Source of the DNA: Amoebidium appalachense
Taxonomy: Eukaryota; Protista; Ichthyosporea
Reading direction: 5' to 3'
DNA: 64,000 nucleotides
Assembly (NCBI GenBank): GCA_963693365.1
Contig: CAVNZM010000002.1
Coordinates: forward strand, 6,709,943 to 6,773,942
The translations under genes were made by a program, and so were the position numbers. The notes under the pieces are model-generated. The model was not told where the DNA came from, ran no database searches, and saw only the letters and a list, made by a program, of their open reading frames with translations. Positions 46,335-57,675 of this stretch are shown here, piece by piece (within the stretch, counting starts at the first letter, position 1; each line of letters starts with the position of its first letter).

Positions 46335-46951
46335 TGTGGTATATTATACCGGATATCTAGTATGGATGTACACAGGTTGAGATATACGCGCACGTGTACA
46401 TGTATATATACCACTGTGTTTGATCTTAGGTAGGCCAGTATGCATGTCCCCCCCAGTCTTGTGCGCATGAGCATGGAGTTAAACAGATGTGCACGTGCAA
46501 CTTGCAGGATTATTCATGGGAAAACAGATATAATAGTCACATGGGACCGACACGTAGTAGTCTAGGAACCATGAGCGTTAACTTGAAGTTATAGTTTTAT
46601 CATGGGAAAATATGCAAGTAGCCGTGAGGTATGACTGTGGAATGCATCGATAGTCAAGTACTGTCACCCGATTGGCTCACTAAGTTTATTGGAACCGTGA
46701 TAGCCATGGGACAGAACCGTGAACCGTATGTGATTGGCTCGAAGCCAAAAAGCACATACCGATGCGCATGTCTGAGCCGCTGTGCGAGCTCCGATATAAG
46801 GGCATGTCGGGGGCTTCAGAGCTCACTCAGTGTGCTCGGCTTACTAGGTGTAAGTAGGACTAGCACGTAACTAAGCAAAGCGTGGTCTAGTCAACCCCGT
46901 TCATTTATAAACATATTGTTTGTCACAGACACACGATCGTATTATACAACA
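46335..46951 (+). repeat. Gypsy 3' LTR
   Basis: Direct repeat of 41484-42100, preceded by a short G-rich tract GGTGGGGCG. Confidence 0.97.
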
Positions 46952-49028
46952 GTTTCTCCTTTGCTTGACTAGTAAACCTAGCCTGAAAATTGGCAGAGGG
47001 GGGTTTCTTGAGTGTATCTAGCGGCGTATGTAGCCGTTTTGTTCGCCTCCTGCGGGAAGTGACGCTTCCTCTTTTCACTAAGTCAGGTAACATGGTACGT
47101 CACGTAATAGTATTGGGAGGAGAAGAAAATCCCTACATACGCCACTTGATAATGAGGTTATATGACTCTCTGCCAATATTGGTTGCATGTTTATATATGT
47201 GGGTGATGTCACAACACGGTATAATAAGGGCTGCTTATAATCACGTTTGGCGGGTCCGGAAGTCCACACTCCACTCCACTCCGAAAACGTAGGGGGCCCC
47301 CCCGGCAGATTCGGCCTTCTTCCACAACCGGGCCGTTTGGTTGGCTGGCGCGGGGCCGGGGTTACGTAAGGCGGTGGGGTCGGGGGAGGCCAGACCACGA
47401 TATGGAGGTTTGGGGGGAGGCCTGCGCAGGGCCTTACGTAAGCCTTACGTAAGGCGGTCAGGCGGGGGCGGGCGCTAGGTAGAGCACGATACGGAAGGCG
47501 TGGGTCTGGGGAGGTTTATGTGGCGAATCGGGCTGCGCGGTTGTGAAACTTGCGCTAATGACGTCGTCAGTAGGGAACCAGTCAGATTCTTCGGTCGTGG
47601 AAGTTGCAGAAGTGGCCTCGTGAGCCGTGATAGTGAACCAGTCGGAGGGCCCGGTTGTGAAAGTTAGCTAATGAGCGTTAATTACACCTGTAGCTTGCAC
47701 AACCGGGCGATACCATTGGGTAGTGGTTTGAAGTTTTATGATTGGATAAAAACCATTCAATCCTTTTGGCGGGTATATATAAACGTAGATCTGGGGGTAG
47801 TATATAATGCAGCAACACGATATTTGACGCTCAGTTTTTATAATGCCGCCGAAGCGAAGCAGAGCAAAGCAGAAGAAAGTTGTACAGCCTCCTTGTGGTA
47901 CTAGTGAATATGCAGTTGCGAGCATAAGCCTGAACATAACCAATGCGGGTGGGAATGTGCGATACCATTTGGTAGGCCTTTTGAATGAAATGGTTGGGTA
48001 GGAATCACGGTATTTGTCTTAGCGGCTAGTGGAGAGGTATAAAAAGGGTGAACACGATATCGTCGATCACTTTGTGACGCAGCGCGGTGTGGAGCAGGGT
48101 ACTCAGAAGAAAGCTGTCTGGAGCGAGCCTTTTTCTTGTTAGTACTGCATAACAGTCAAACTCGAGTGTGGATATCTTTGAACACGAGTAGGAGGTTTCC
48201 TCTTTGTCGAAGTACTGTTTGTTGTTTTTTTGACAAATAGTATGTTAAGATAGTCGCAGAAGTTCTTTCTTTTTACAATTTTTTTATTGCGGACTGCGGC
48301 TCAGAGGAGCTGTCAATGTTAGGCACCTCATAGAATTATGGTCGGATCATTTTTCGAAGCTTGGTGAACATGAATTATTGGCGGCAACTGATCTGAGTGC
48401 GAGGTGATGGCGCTTCAAGCTGAGATTGGTCAGGGCCGGAATCGGATCCCTGACAGGTGCATTGTGGGTCGAAAGACGTAGGGCTACCTTTCGTAAAAAC
48501 GGTTTTTTGCAGTTTCCTTATATGGCTAATCGGATCGAACCGGATTCGATCTGGACCAATCATAAATACCCCTTGGCAGAGTTTCTCGTTACGACACGTA
48601 GGGCTACCTTTCGCGTGTGACAAACGTTGTTCTGCAATGCGGTGATTGGGTAAAACCGCACTAGGTTTCCCGCCAGTCACCGGGGGAGAGATTACGAAAA
48701 ATTACGATTAACGAAAGACCCCGATACGAATGAGGTTAGGGTGCCGTCGTAACAGCTTTCGTATCAGATGTATAGCATTATAAACGCTCTAAGGCCCCCC
48801 AATATCTAACTGTACCTAATTTTTTCAATATTTCTGTTCAAGAACATATCTACAGCGCTTCTCATGAGCAATATCGAACCCTGACAAGTGTCCAGGGCTT
48901 GTAATTGTGCGATACCTAATTTGTAAAAACGCGTATTTTGAGTTTTGTGACTGGAGGGGCGTTTTTAGCTGGGCTTGCAGACCCCAAGAACCCCCCCCCC
49001 CCCCCCCCCCCCCCCCCCGTTACGATTT

Positions 49029-49228
49029 TGGACTTCACTTTCACTTCGATCTCTTAGCTGTCACGTCAACTTTTTTTTCCTGATTCTTCACCATGGCAGG
49101 TATATAAAGGCTTTCGTTTCTTCTTTTTGTGGACTAATTCACTTTCACTTCGATCTCTTAGCTGTCTTTAACTTTTTTTCCCGATTCTTCACCATGGCAG
49201 GTATATAAAGGCTTTCGTTTCTTCTTTT
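49029..49228 (+). repeat. Tandem duplication of a ~100-bp unit
   Basis: TTCACTTTCACTTCGATCTCTTAGCTGTC...TTCTTCACCATGGCAGGTATATAAAGGCTTTCGTTTCTTCTTTT occurs twice head to tail. Confidence 0.92.
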
Positions 49229-49234
49229 TATGAT

Positions 49235-50031
49235 GGGAGGGAGTCCCACTCAGGGGAACGTGACTGCAGCGTGTGTGTGGTGTGGCCTGGTGTATTCCTA
49301 CTGCTGTGAGAGTGTGGGGGCATCTCCCTTTCGCGGAGTTTCTTGCTTGAGAAGTGGTTTCTTCAACGCCCTGGTGGTCCACTGCAACCTATGGTAACTT
49401 CTACACGCTGTCTACGCTTCTACGCGACTTATTGGCGGTGGGCGCCTGCTGCAACTTCTTCAGCTACTTCTGCGCTGCGTGGGTGGAGGGGCGGCTACTT
49501 GGTCGTCAGGGAGCTTTCTAAGTGACTGCCAGTCCTTAGCCTCCGGTCGTATGGCAATGACCGGGTTTGCTTGCATGCATTCTGTAATTGTGTTTTTCTG
49601 TGCGTCCTGCCACAACTAGGCCACCTTATCAGAGAGCTAGATGCAGTTTCTCCGGGTTATCTAGGGGCAGGGCCCGTTGGGATTGTTTTTTAGCTCAGAT
49701 TTGGTCTGCATTGATCTTTTCAGAGGCTGACTTGCTTGCTGTGCCTCGATAGATTTTGAGGGGGGCCTGTTGGGAAGGAGCAGTAATGATGTCTTCTTGC
49801 AGAGTGTGGTCTGGTCAACATCGATGCATACGACTAGTTGGAGCAAACTAGTTTCACGCATATACGTACACTTACTGTTTTGCCCGCTGGTGTCCTTTAA
49901 ATTTGTCACTTGTCGCGTTATTTTTATTTCGTAGCTTTGGCTTTTTCAGTTCTATTGGTGGTTATGTAGCCTGTGGCTGCACGTTGCCTTCATCAACGGA
50001 TCAATAAACCCGAGTCAAAAGAAAAAAAAAA
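49235..50031 (+). mobile_element. Poly(A)-ended retroposon/LINE-like 3' fragment, intron-containing copy A
   Basis: High identity to 63164-63626; AATAAA then an A-rich tail; possible degenerate ERxCxxC LINE-type C-terminal motif at the 5' side; 5' boundary uncertain. Confidence 0.65.
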
Positions 50032-51893
50032 GGAACTAGATATCACAGACCATATGGTATCGGGACTGAAAAAGGGGAGGATCGATTCTATGGGGATAGA
50101 TGGGTTTGTGTCAACCCCCGGCCGGTACCTGGTGCAAATCAGAGTACCTAAAACTTTTATAATGACTTTATTGATATGCTCAGCAAAGTAGAAGACCGAT
50201 ATCTCGGAGAAGAAAATACAATAGGCCTCACTCTCGGATATGGAGGAGATAACGACTTAAATAATCATACACCCTAGAAAGTACTCATTAAACATACCGC
50301 GGTTCAACAGATCGATAGTCAATAAACGTAACATCGGGATTATCTAAATAAGCCAGTCTTCTAATTTCTAACGGAATAATCTGAGATAAATATTATTAAA
50401 TACATCTATCTACGTGTTTACGAGAAAAAGATTCTGCACAAAAGTGGCACAAACATTTATGGAAACAAAGGTTACAGCGCCAAAATAAACATTTCCAAGC
50501 TATGTCACAAGGAGGGGTTAGAATTGCAAAATCGGTAAGTGTGGTAGGTTTACGAGAGGAAGGATAAATACCTTACGCGAGGTAAGTAGCTAATTTACAC
50601 AACGCGTACGATTGTAAAGAAAATAGACGAGTCTCTAATATAAAAAGAAGCACAGGCTCAAGAGCCCTACCATGATACTCTTTATCACAACGATGAAGCA
50701 AAGGATATTGAGTATGAAACCAAGTAACATACTGCTGATAACTAGTAGAAGAGAAAAATAAAGGAGATAAGTATTTATAAGGATATCCCGGAATGGGAGA
50801 CTCTGAGATTTGGGATAGGACATTTCGCACGAACGTTAGAGGGAACAGGTGCTAAAGAAGGAAAGAATTGCAACAAAGGATGATATAAGAAGGAAGCCTA
50901 ACCAAATGAAAACAAAAGCGAAGTCCTAATTCATTCATACGCTGGCGCGCCGCGCCGGGAGGGAGACCAAAAACACTAAACGTATATCCTGTTGTTAAAG
51001 GTTGGATTAGCTGCCAGGTAAAGCGTCTGACTCTGGTCTCCACGTTTTCAGGGTAGTCTATCCTATTTCAGCATAAACCATGTGATACTCAATGATTATC
51101 AAACGGTCACCATCCTCGGGAAGTACTGTGTCCGGTAGCCTGAGATATATATATAAGTACTAGTTAGTAAACATTATCTAGTACACAAAAATTTTATACC
51201 TAACGACCCTTTGTTTCAACTCCTGGGTATCAAACTGTGGTATCATCGACTATAATAGGATTCTTGTTCGGAATATTGGCCCAAATTCGGGATATGTTCG
51301 CAAGGTCCGGCTACATAGCTGCTCTCATGATGATCAGTCAGAGTGCAGCACCGTGACGGGAGAGCAACCACGGCCCTCCGGCACAGGCTGAACTTGGGCC
51401 ATTGTTGCAGAGGGCCGTGGAGCAACTCGGGGGCGGCGGCTTGCGGGCGGCCAGACTGAGTGGTTTGATGGCACGTGAGACAGAAAAGTAGCGCGCTGGG
51501 CACCGGGGACCCGCCGATATATCTCTCTCACGGAGTCGGAGTCAGCAGGGCACTCTGTGCCTACTCGGCCCGTGACTCCTGCAGTCGTTTTTCGTTGGCA
51601 GTTTTCTCCCTTCGTTGTGTTGTGAAGGCCGTGGTTCTGAGTCAAGTTAGTAAGTTAGCCGCCATCCGTGTGTGATTTTGAGAGCCTCGGTTTCTCAACA
51701 TCTCTCTCCCTCCGGCCTAGGCTATCTCTCTCTCTCTCTCTCTCGCTTCCTCGGAGTGACTGTCCGCTCCCTCCCTCCCTCCCTCCCTCCCTCCCTCCCT
51801 CCCTCCCTCCCTCCCTCCCTCCCTCCTTCTTGCCCTCCCTCCCCGCCCCTCCCTCCCTCCCTCCCTCCCTCCCTCCCTCCCTCCCTCCTTCCC

Positions 51894-52828
51894 TGTTATA
51901 ATACGTAGTATTTACATATTGTAAGATCTTCTCAGTTCGTGTTATGTTTTCATTCATTTACTTAATGAAAAAGATGTGCTCCTTGTACGTAAATTATGAC
52001 ATCGATCTCCAGTGTATTTGAGTACTTGTAATCGTGTTGTGTCGGCTATATTCGTGTGTTTAGATATCGATTACAGCAACTGATTATAGGTACACGAGTC
52101 TACCCAGTGAGGGAGACACGTGTACATGTTATGTGTACATGAATATCTTCGGTTATAACTGTGTTTTGCTGTTCGTGTTTTCTGTCCTGCTTTCTTTTCT
52201 TTTTCCTCTTTCTTCGTCTTTTCTTTTCTCTTTCTTTCTTCTCTTGTTTCCTTTCATTTAATTATATTTCTCTCTCACTAATATACGTTGAGTAGATTTA
52301 TATTACTCGTTATGTTTTGATTGGTAGAAAAACACTTAGGTTACACTTTAGCTTGTCAGGTATGATTCATAGCTTAGTCAACCACTTTTGTTTTGTGTGT
52401 TGCCGTACTATATCCAATCAGTGGACTTAGTCAGAAAATGTCTGAGTCTTTGTAGCCGATGATAGGTTAGAAACACCACCTCTTTCCTCGTTACTCTTCA
52501 CCTCTTTTCTTTCTTATAGCTGTGACCTATGGTGTGTGTTCCCGCGTCTCCGGATCTATTCGGGAAATAATCAGTTAATTATGATTGGTTATTTTAGACA
52601 TAGATCTGAATTCCGACTGGTCGGAAATCATGTATGGATTTAACTTAAGGGAATTTCAGGTATTTATTAGCGATCAAAATAAATTGAGTTTAGTCGTGTC
52701 TAAACATTGATGTCTGTTGTGTACACTGCTCCGATCGTTCCGTGTTTTGTTGTTGTGTGTGTCTGTGGTGTTTTCACACTGCACCACTGTGTCTCTGCTT
52801 ACATCCTAAATACTTATAGAATTTAACA
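51894..52828 (+). repeat. Copia 5' LTR
   Basis: TGTTATAA...ATTTAACA, repeated at 57741-58675. Confidence 0.98.
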
Positions 52829-52841
52829 GGTTATGCAGCCC
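52829..52841 (+). promoter_or_regulatory. Half-tRNA(iMet)-type primer-binding site with one extra base
   Basis: GGTTATGCAGCCC versus the copia/Ty5-type GGTTATG(A/G)GCCC. Confidence 0.75.
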
Positions 52842-52890
52842 TTTTGCACGCTCCCTACACACATCTAGAACTCGCGCTCGTTTTTCAATC

Positions 52891-53649
52891 ATGGATCCAA
52901 ACAAAACTGGCGTAAACAAAATCACCATGTGGAAAGGTGAAGGGAAGACTGGTCCCGATAGCAAAACTACCTATTTTCAATGGGAAATCATTTTTCTCGG
53001 CATGATGACCGGCACTAAAGGTGTCCGACTCGTGGATGTTGTCCTTGCTGACAACTACGTCCCCCCTACCACCGTCGCGGTTGACGGTGAACCCCCCTTC
53101 TATGGCTACGGCACTACCGCGGAACTCAAAGAGGCCCGCAATTGCCTCCTGCTCCATATGATACAGAACATCGACCCTTCCGTCCTCACCACCGTTGCCC
53201 AGTACCGTATTGGCATGGACCCTGAACGGGCCATGTGGAAATTCCGTCAACACTATCTCCAAGGCAAACCCGATCAGATCCGCATCCTTCACCGTCAGTG
53301 GGATGCCTGTGCCCTTCAGCCCGGTGAATCATTCACCACCTACCTGAGCCGTCTGCAGACCATCGTGAACCAGCTCCAGTCTCTCCAAGATGAGTCCATT
53401 CACTTCACTCGTCTAGCTGAGAAGTTCTTCAATGAACTCACCACCAGAGACGACCTCACCCCTGAGTTCAATCGTCTTATCGAAGACTATCACTTCGGTG
53501 ATAAGCTATTCCCCGACTTCGAGTCCCTCCATAACCACGTCAAGGGCATCGAGTTACGTCAAGACCTCAAGATGCAACTCCGGAACAACCGTGCCCACCG
53601 TGCCTCCAAGTCCAGCATGGCATTAAATGCCAGTGCTCCCCCCCCGTGA
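52891..53649 (+). CDS. Copia gag (N-terminal part)
   Basis: 252-aa ORF with Copia gag-like AMWKFRQHY and LQPGESFTTYLSRLQTIVNQL; ends at CCC CCC CCG TGA. Confidence 0.88.
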   Translation: MDPNKTGVNKITMWKGEGKTGPDSKTTYFQWEIIFLGMMTGTKGVRLVDVVLADNYVPPTTVAVDGEPPFYGYGTTAELKEARNCLLLHMIQNIDPSVLTTVAQYRIGMDPERAMWKFRQHYLQGKPDQIRILHRQWDACALQPGESFTTYLSRLQTIVNQLQSLQDESIHFTRLAEKFFNELTTRDDLTPEFNRLIEDYHFGDKLFPDFESLHNHVKGIELRQDLKMQLRNNRAHRASKSSMALNASAPPP

Positions 53650-56600
53650 TCTTCCTCGCCGTGACTTACGCACCCGACTTGACCGTACCTCTGGCACGGA
53701 CCTCCGAACTCGTCTCTCCCGTCAGCACACCCGATCCCGTTCCCCCCACCGGCCTGCCTTCCGGTCCACGTCTCGTTCCCCCAGTCGTTCCCGTTTCTCG
53801 GGTTCCCGTCGTTCTGATTCCCCGGCTCGTTCTAACACCCCGTCCGTGAAAGAATGCTCCTACTGCCACGAGCCTGATCACACGATCATCGATTGCCCTG
53901 AGCCGAAATGCCGTATGTCCAGACACAACCGTTCCCGTCAAGGCAGTGAGAAATCTGTCTCCTTTGCTTTCTCGGCATACAATGCTAGCTCCGTCCCCGT
54001 GTCCTCCGACCCTGCCTGGGATTCCGGGTGCAACATGACTGTTTGCCCCACCCGTGAGTTCTTCCATGACCTCACTCCCCTTCCGACACCGACTCCCGTT
54101 GCTGCCTTCAATGGCACCCCCGTCTTGGCCACTCACACCGGCCATATCGTCATCAACACCACCACCGACCATGGCACTACCACCCTAACCATTGAAGCCT
54201 ACTACACCCCGTCTGGCCAAGCCTTCCTCATTTCAACATCCCAAGCTGCTGCCGAATACATCAAGGGTGATTTGAACGATGCCTCCACTCCGTCATTCCT
54301 CTTCGACCGACTCACCGGCCGTCATCTCGTCAACCTCCGTCTACACAACGGTCTGTATTACTTCAAGGACTACACCATTCAACCACCCACTCGTCCTGTG
54401 GCTCTGGCTGCCACTACCAGTGTTAACCCATCCATCTGGCACCATCGTCTGGGGCACCGAGCTATGACCAGCATCAAGGACATGGTGAAACACGACCTTG
54501 TTATTGGTCTCCCCTCCTCTGTCCTCGACTGTGATGTTCCTGATTGTCATGGCTGCATTATGGGTAAGACCACCAAGGCTCCGTTCAGGGGTGACCGTCC
54601 TCACTCCAACATCCCCGGTCATGAATGGCATTGGGATTTTTTTGAGCCTACCACAACATCGTACGGAGGTTCCAAGGTTGCTCTCGTCACTGTCTGCCGT
54701 GCCTCTGGCCTCGTCAAGATCTACCCGATGGCCGACCGTACCACCACCCTGGATATTCTCACAGCTCACACCAACCTCGTTGCCACCCATGCCCCCTCCA
54801 AAGTTGGTGTTTACCACTTCGACTCCGGCTCTGAGTTCACCTCCAAGGATACCCGTGCTTTTTGCCTCTCCCAGGGCATCAAGGCCAGCTATGCTCCGGT
54901 GGACTGCCCTCAACTGAACGGCTATGTTGAACGACGTATGCGGTTCCTCCAAGAGATTGTCCGTTGCCTCCTCCATCAAGTCCAAGATCAGTCTCTGTCT
55001 CCCAAACTGTGGGCTGAGGCCCTCCAACATGCCGCCTACATCATCAACGTCACCCCGTCCACGACTGCCAATGGTCGTACACCATTCGAGGTTTTCTACG
55101 GTGTCAAGCCCGACATCTCCGAGCTCAAAGTGTTCGGTTGCCCTGCCTACACTCACGTGCCAGCCTCTAAACGGAACAAGCTGGCCCCCACCGTCAAACT
55201 CGGCATGTATATCGGCTATGATCTTCAATCACACTGCCACCGGATCTTCAATGCCACCACCCATCGTGTCGGCCTCTTCCGTGATGTGATTTTCGACGAA
55301 TCAGCTTATCTCCCGTCCGACATTCCATCAACCCTTCCGACCCCCGACACCACTGCTACCTCGACCACCCCACCCCCCACAGTTGACACTGAAGATGATG
55401 TTTGTCTGGTGTACTCTGGCCCCCCTCCTGCCATCGTCGTTCCCCCGACACCCCCCCCCACCGGCCCCCCTGCCCCCGTGCCCGTCCAGCCTGCCGACCC
55501 TCATCCTGCCCCTGGCAACGTCACACCCATCCGACCCGGCTCCCCCGACAACTTCCACTCGGCCCCATCCAGCCCGGAGGTTGCCCCCCCTGCACTTCCG
55601 AACTTCCAAGTTCCCCCCCCACCGTCTCCACCTACCCCGGTTCCTGCACCCCGTCGTTCTGCCCGTCTCCAGGGCAAGGTTGGACTTCAAGCCACCACCA
55701 CCCTGCCAGTCCCCCCCGATCCCCCCATCAACATCGACCAACTACCCAAACTTGTCCGTCAACTCTGTTCCGGACCCAATGGTGATCAGGTCAAGTCAGC
55801 CCTGACTGCTGAGTATCAAGCCTTCGTCGACAAAGACATCTTTGAACTTGTTGACCCTCCCCCTGGTGCTAACATCGTCGGCTTCAAGTGGATTGTCTCC
55901 GAGAAAACTCTCAACTCGGCTGGTGACACCAAGATCAAGGCACGTGGTGTTGCTCAAGGCTTCAGTCAGCAATACGGTGTTGACTATGAGTTGATTGAGA
56001 GCCCTGTCATCCGTCCGGCTGCTCTCCGTGCCATCCTAGCTCTGGCCGTTGTTGAAGGTCATGACATACATCAACTCGACGTGTCTACGGCCTTTCTCAA
56101 CAGCCCACTCACCGAGACCATCTACATGAAACAACCCCCGGGATTCATCACCATGGCCACACTTGGCAAGGTCTGGAGACTCAAGAAAGCCCTGTACGGC
56201 CTCAAGCAAGCCTCCAAGGCTTGGTACGACTTCCTCGACGGCATTCTTCTTGCCCATGGCCTGACCCGTACTAAGACCGACCCGTGCATCTACCTCCGGT
56301 TCTTCCCCAACAACGATGTGGTACGGGCTGGTAACTACGTCGATGACTCCACCATCACCAACACCCGGGGTTCTACTGCTGCCAGTGACCTGGCTGCCCA
56401 CATCAGCAAGATGGCCAGCTGTCGTATGAGTCCATTTGACCGTATGCTCGGTGTTGATTTTAATCACTCTGATCCCCATCACCTCCACATGCACCAGAGG
56501 TCTTACATCATGGATAACATCCACGACTTCAACCTCACCGATGCCAAGTCCAAGTCTACCCCCATCCCTGCAGGCACCACCGTCTCCCTGGCTGATTGCC

Positions 56601-57298
56601 CCCCCCAACCGTTCACCGTGCCCTACCGTGAGTTACTCGGCCGTCTCCTCTGGGTGGCACGGTGCACACGTCCCGACATTGCCTATGCCATCGGCTTCCT
56701 TGGTCGGTTCAGCACCAACCCCGGCAAGACTCACTGGGACCTTCTCCGTCGTGTGGCCCGGTACCTGCTCGGCACCATTGACCTTGGCATTGACTACAAG
56801 TACTCGGCCACCCAGTCCCCCATACTCGAATGCTACACGGATGCTGACTTTGCTGGTTGTGCCGACAGCAAGAAGTCTACCACCGGCTACATTATCGTGT
56901 TTGCTGGTATGCCCGTCATCTGGTACTCCAAGCTCCAGCCCATCACGGCCACCAGCACCACTGAAGCTGAGCTGATTGCTCTCAATGCTGGCACCCAAGA
57001 AGTTGCTTGGGTCCGTGACCTCTTCAAGGAACTCGGCTGTCCCATGCTTGCTCCGACTCCGGTGTACTGTGACAACCAGTCGACCATTGCCATCGTCAAC
57101 TCCACCGGCATCAAGCACCGTACCAAACACATTGCCGTCCGGTATCACAACACCAAGGACTACATTGCCAGTGGGGACGTGGTTGTCCACTACGTTGAGT
57201 CAGCCCACAACTTAGCTGACATACTCACCAAACCCCTCCCCGGCCCGAGTCATGTCCACCATCGTGCTCGACTTTGTTTACCGGATATTGTGGATTGA
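53627..57298 (+). CDS. Copia zinc knuckle-protease-integrase-RT-RNase H polyprotein (+1 frame relative to gag)
   Basis: CSYCHEPDHTIIDC, WDSGC, WHHRLGH..CHGC, D..DSGSEF..NGYVER, QLDVSTAFLN, KKALYGLKQA, YVDD, YTDADFAG, TEAE, CDNQS, ADILTKPL. Confidence 0.97.
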   Translation: MPVLPPRDLPRRDLRTRLDRTSGTDLRTRLSRQHTRSRSPHRPAFRSTSRSPSRSRFSGSRRSDSPARSNTPSVKECSYCHEPDHTIIDCPEPKCRMSRHNRSRQGSEKSVSFAFSAYNASSVPVSSDPAWDSGCNMTVCPTREFFHDLTPLPTPTPVAAFNGTPVLATHTGHIVINTTTDHGTTTLTIEAYYTPSGQAFLISTSQAAAEYIKGDLNDASTPSFLFDRLTGRHLVNLRLHNGLYYFKDYTIQPPTRPVALAATTSVNPSIWHHRLGHRAMTSIKDMVKHDLVIGLPSSVLDCDVPDCHGCIMGKTTKAPFRGDRPHSNIPGHEWHWDFFEPTTTSYGGSKVALVTVCRASGLVKIYPMADRTTTLDILTAHTNLVATHAPSKVGVYHFDSGSEFTSKDTRAFCLSQGIKASYAPVDCPQLNGYVERRMRFLQEIVRCLLHQVQDQSLSPKLWAEALQHAAYIINVTPSTTANGRTPFEVFYGVKPDISELKVFGCPAYTHVPASKRNKLAPTVKLGMYIGYDLQSHCHRIFNATTHRVGLFRDVIFDESAYLPSDIPSTLPTPDTTATSTTPPPTVDTEDDVCLVYSGPPPAIVVPPTPPPTGPPAPVPVQPADPHPAPGNVTPIRPGSPDNFHSAPSSPEVAPPALPNFQVPPPPSPPTPVPAPRRSARLQGKVGLQATTTLPVPPDPPINIDQLPKLVRQLCSGPNGDQVKSALTAEYQAFVDKDIFELVDPPPGANIVGFKWIVSEKTLNSAGDTKIKARGVAQGFSQQYGVDYELIESPVIRPAALRAILALAVVEGHDIHQLDVSTAFLNSPLTETIYMKQPPGFITMATLGKVWRLKKALYGLKQASKAWYDFLDGILLAHGLTRTKTDPCIYLRFFPNNDVVRAGNYVDDSTITNTRGSTAASDLAAHISKMASCRMSPFDRMLGVDFNHSDPHHLHMHQRSYIMDNIHDFNLTDAKSKSTPIPAGTTVSLADCPPQPFTVPYRELLGRLLWVARCTRPDIAYAIGFLGRFSTNPGKTHWDLLRRVARYLLGTIDLGIDYKYSATQSPILECYTDADFAGCADSKKSTTGYIIVFAGMPVIWYSKLQPITATSTTEAELIALNAGTQEVAWVRDLFKELGCPMLAPTPVYCDNQSTIAIVNSTGIKHRTKHIAVRYHNTKDYIASGDVVVHYVESAHNLADILTKPLPGPSHVHHRARLCLPDIVD

Positions 57299-57597
57299 CC
57301 CGACCTACTTCAAGAGTGATTTTCTCATGTGTACTACTTACTTTATCAACATCATTATATCATATGTATTGCCTTTGTGGGTATGCCCACTTAGGGTTTA
57401 TATATAAGGTTTGACCCGTACCATCACTCTACTCTATCTTTCACTGGTTTAAAACCCAGTTAATCAAACACCGCCTATACACGTTATATATATTCGTTGT
57501 TTTTGCCCCGGTTCCTTCCCCCCCCCCCCTCCCCCCCCCCCCTTCCCCCCCCTTCCCCCCCCCCCCTTCCCCCCCCCCCCTCCCCCCCCCCCCCCTC

Positions 57598-57632
<35 letters not shown>

Positions 57633-57675
57633 GAAAAGTACACACTTTCATTTTTTTTTTCCGTTTCTGTTCTCA

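Larger units (their letters stand above)
41484..46951 (+). mobile_element. Ty3/Gypsy chromodomain LTR retrotransposon, internally deleted (no recognisable Gag core or protease)
   Basis: Two 617-bp TG..CA LTRs, 5-bp TSD GTTTC (41479-41483 / 46952-46956), domain order RT-RNaseH-INT-chromodomain. Confidence 0.97.

Noticed and set aside
50590-50885. RIP-like mutated ORF with TAA/TAG stops
   Set aside because: Stop density is about what AT-rich random sequence gives and there is no recognisable domain.
51236-51252. TGGTATCA as the PBS of another LTR element
   Set aside because: Not adjacent to a CA-ended LTR, and no second LTR or gag follows.
53666-57190. Long antisense ORFs inside Copia pol
   Set aside because: Expected shadow of C-ending codon bias in the sense ORF.
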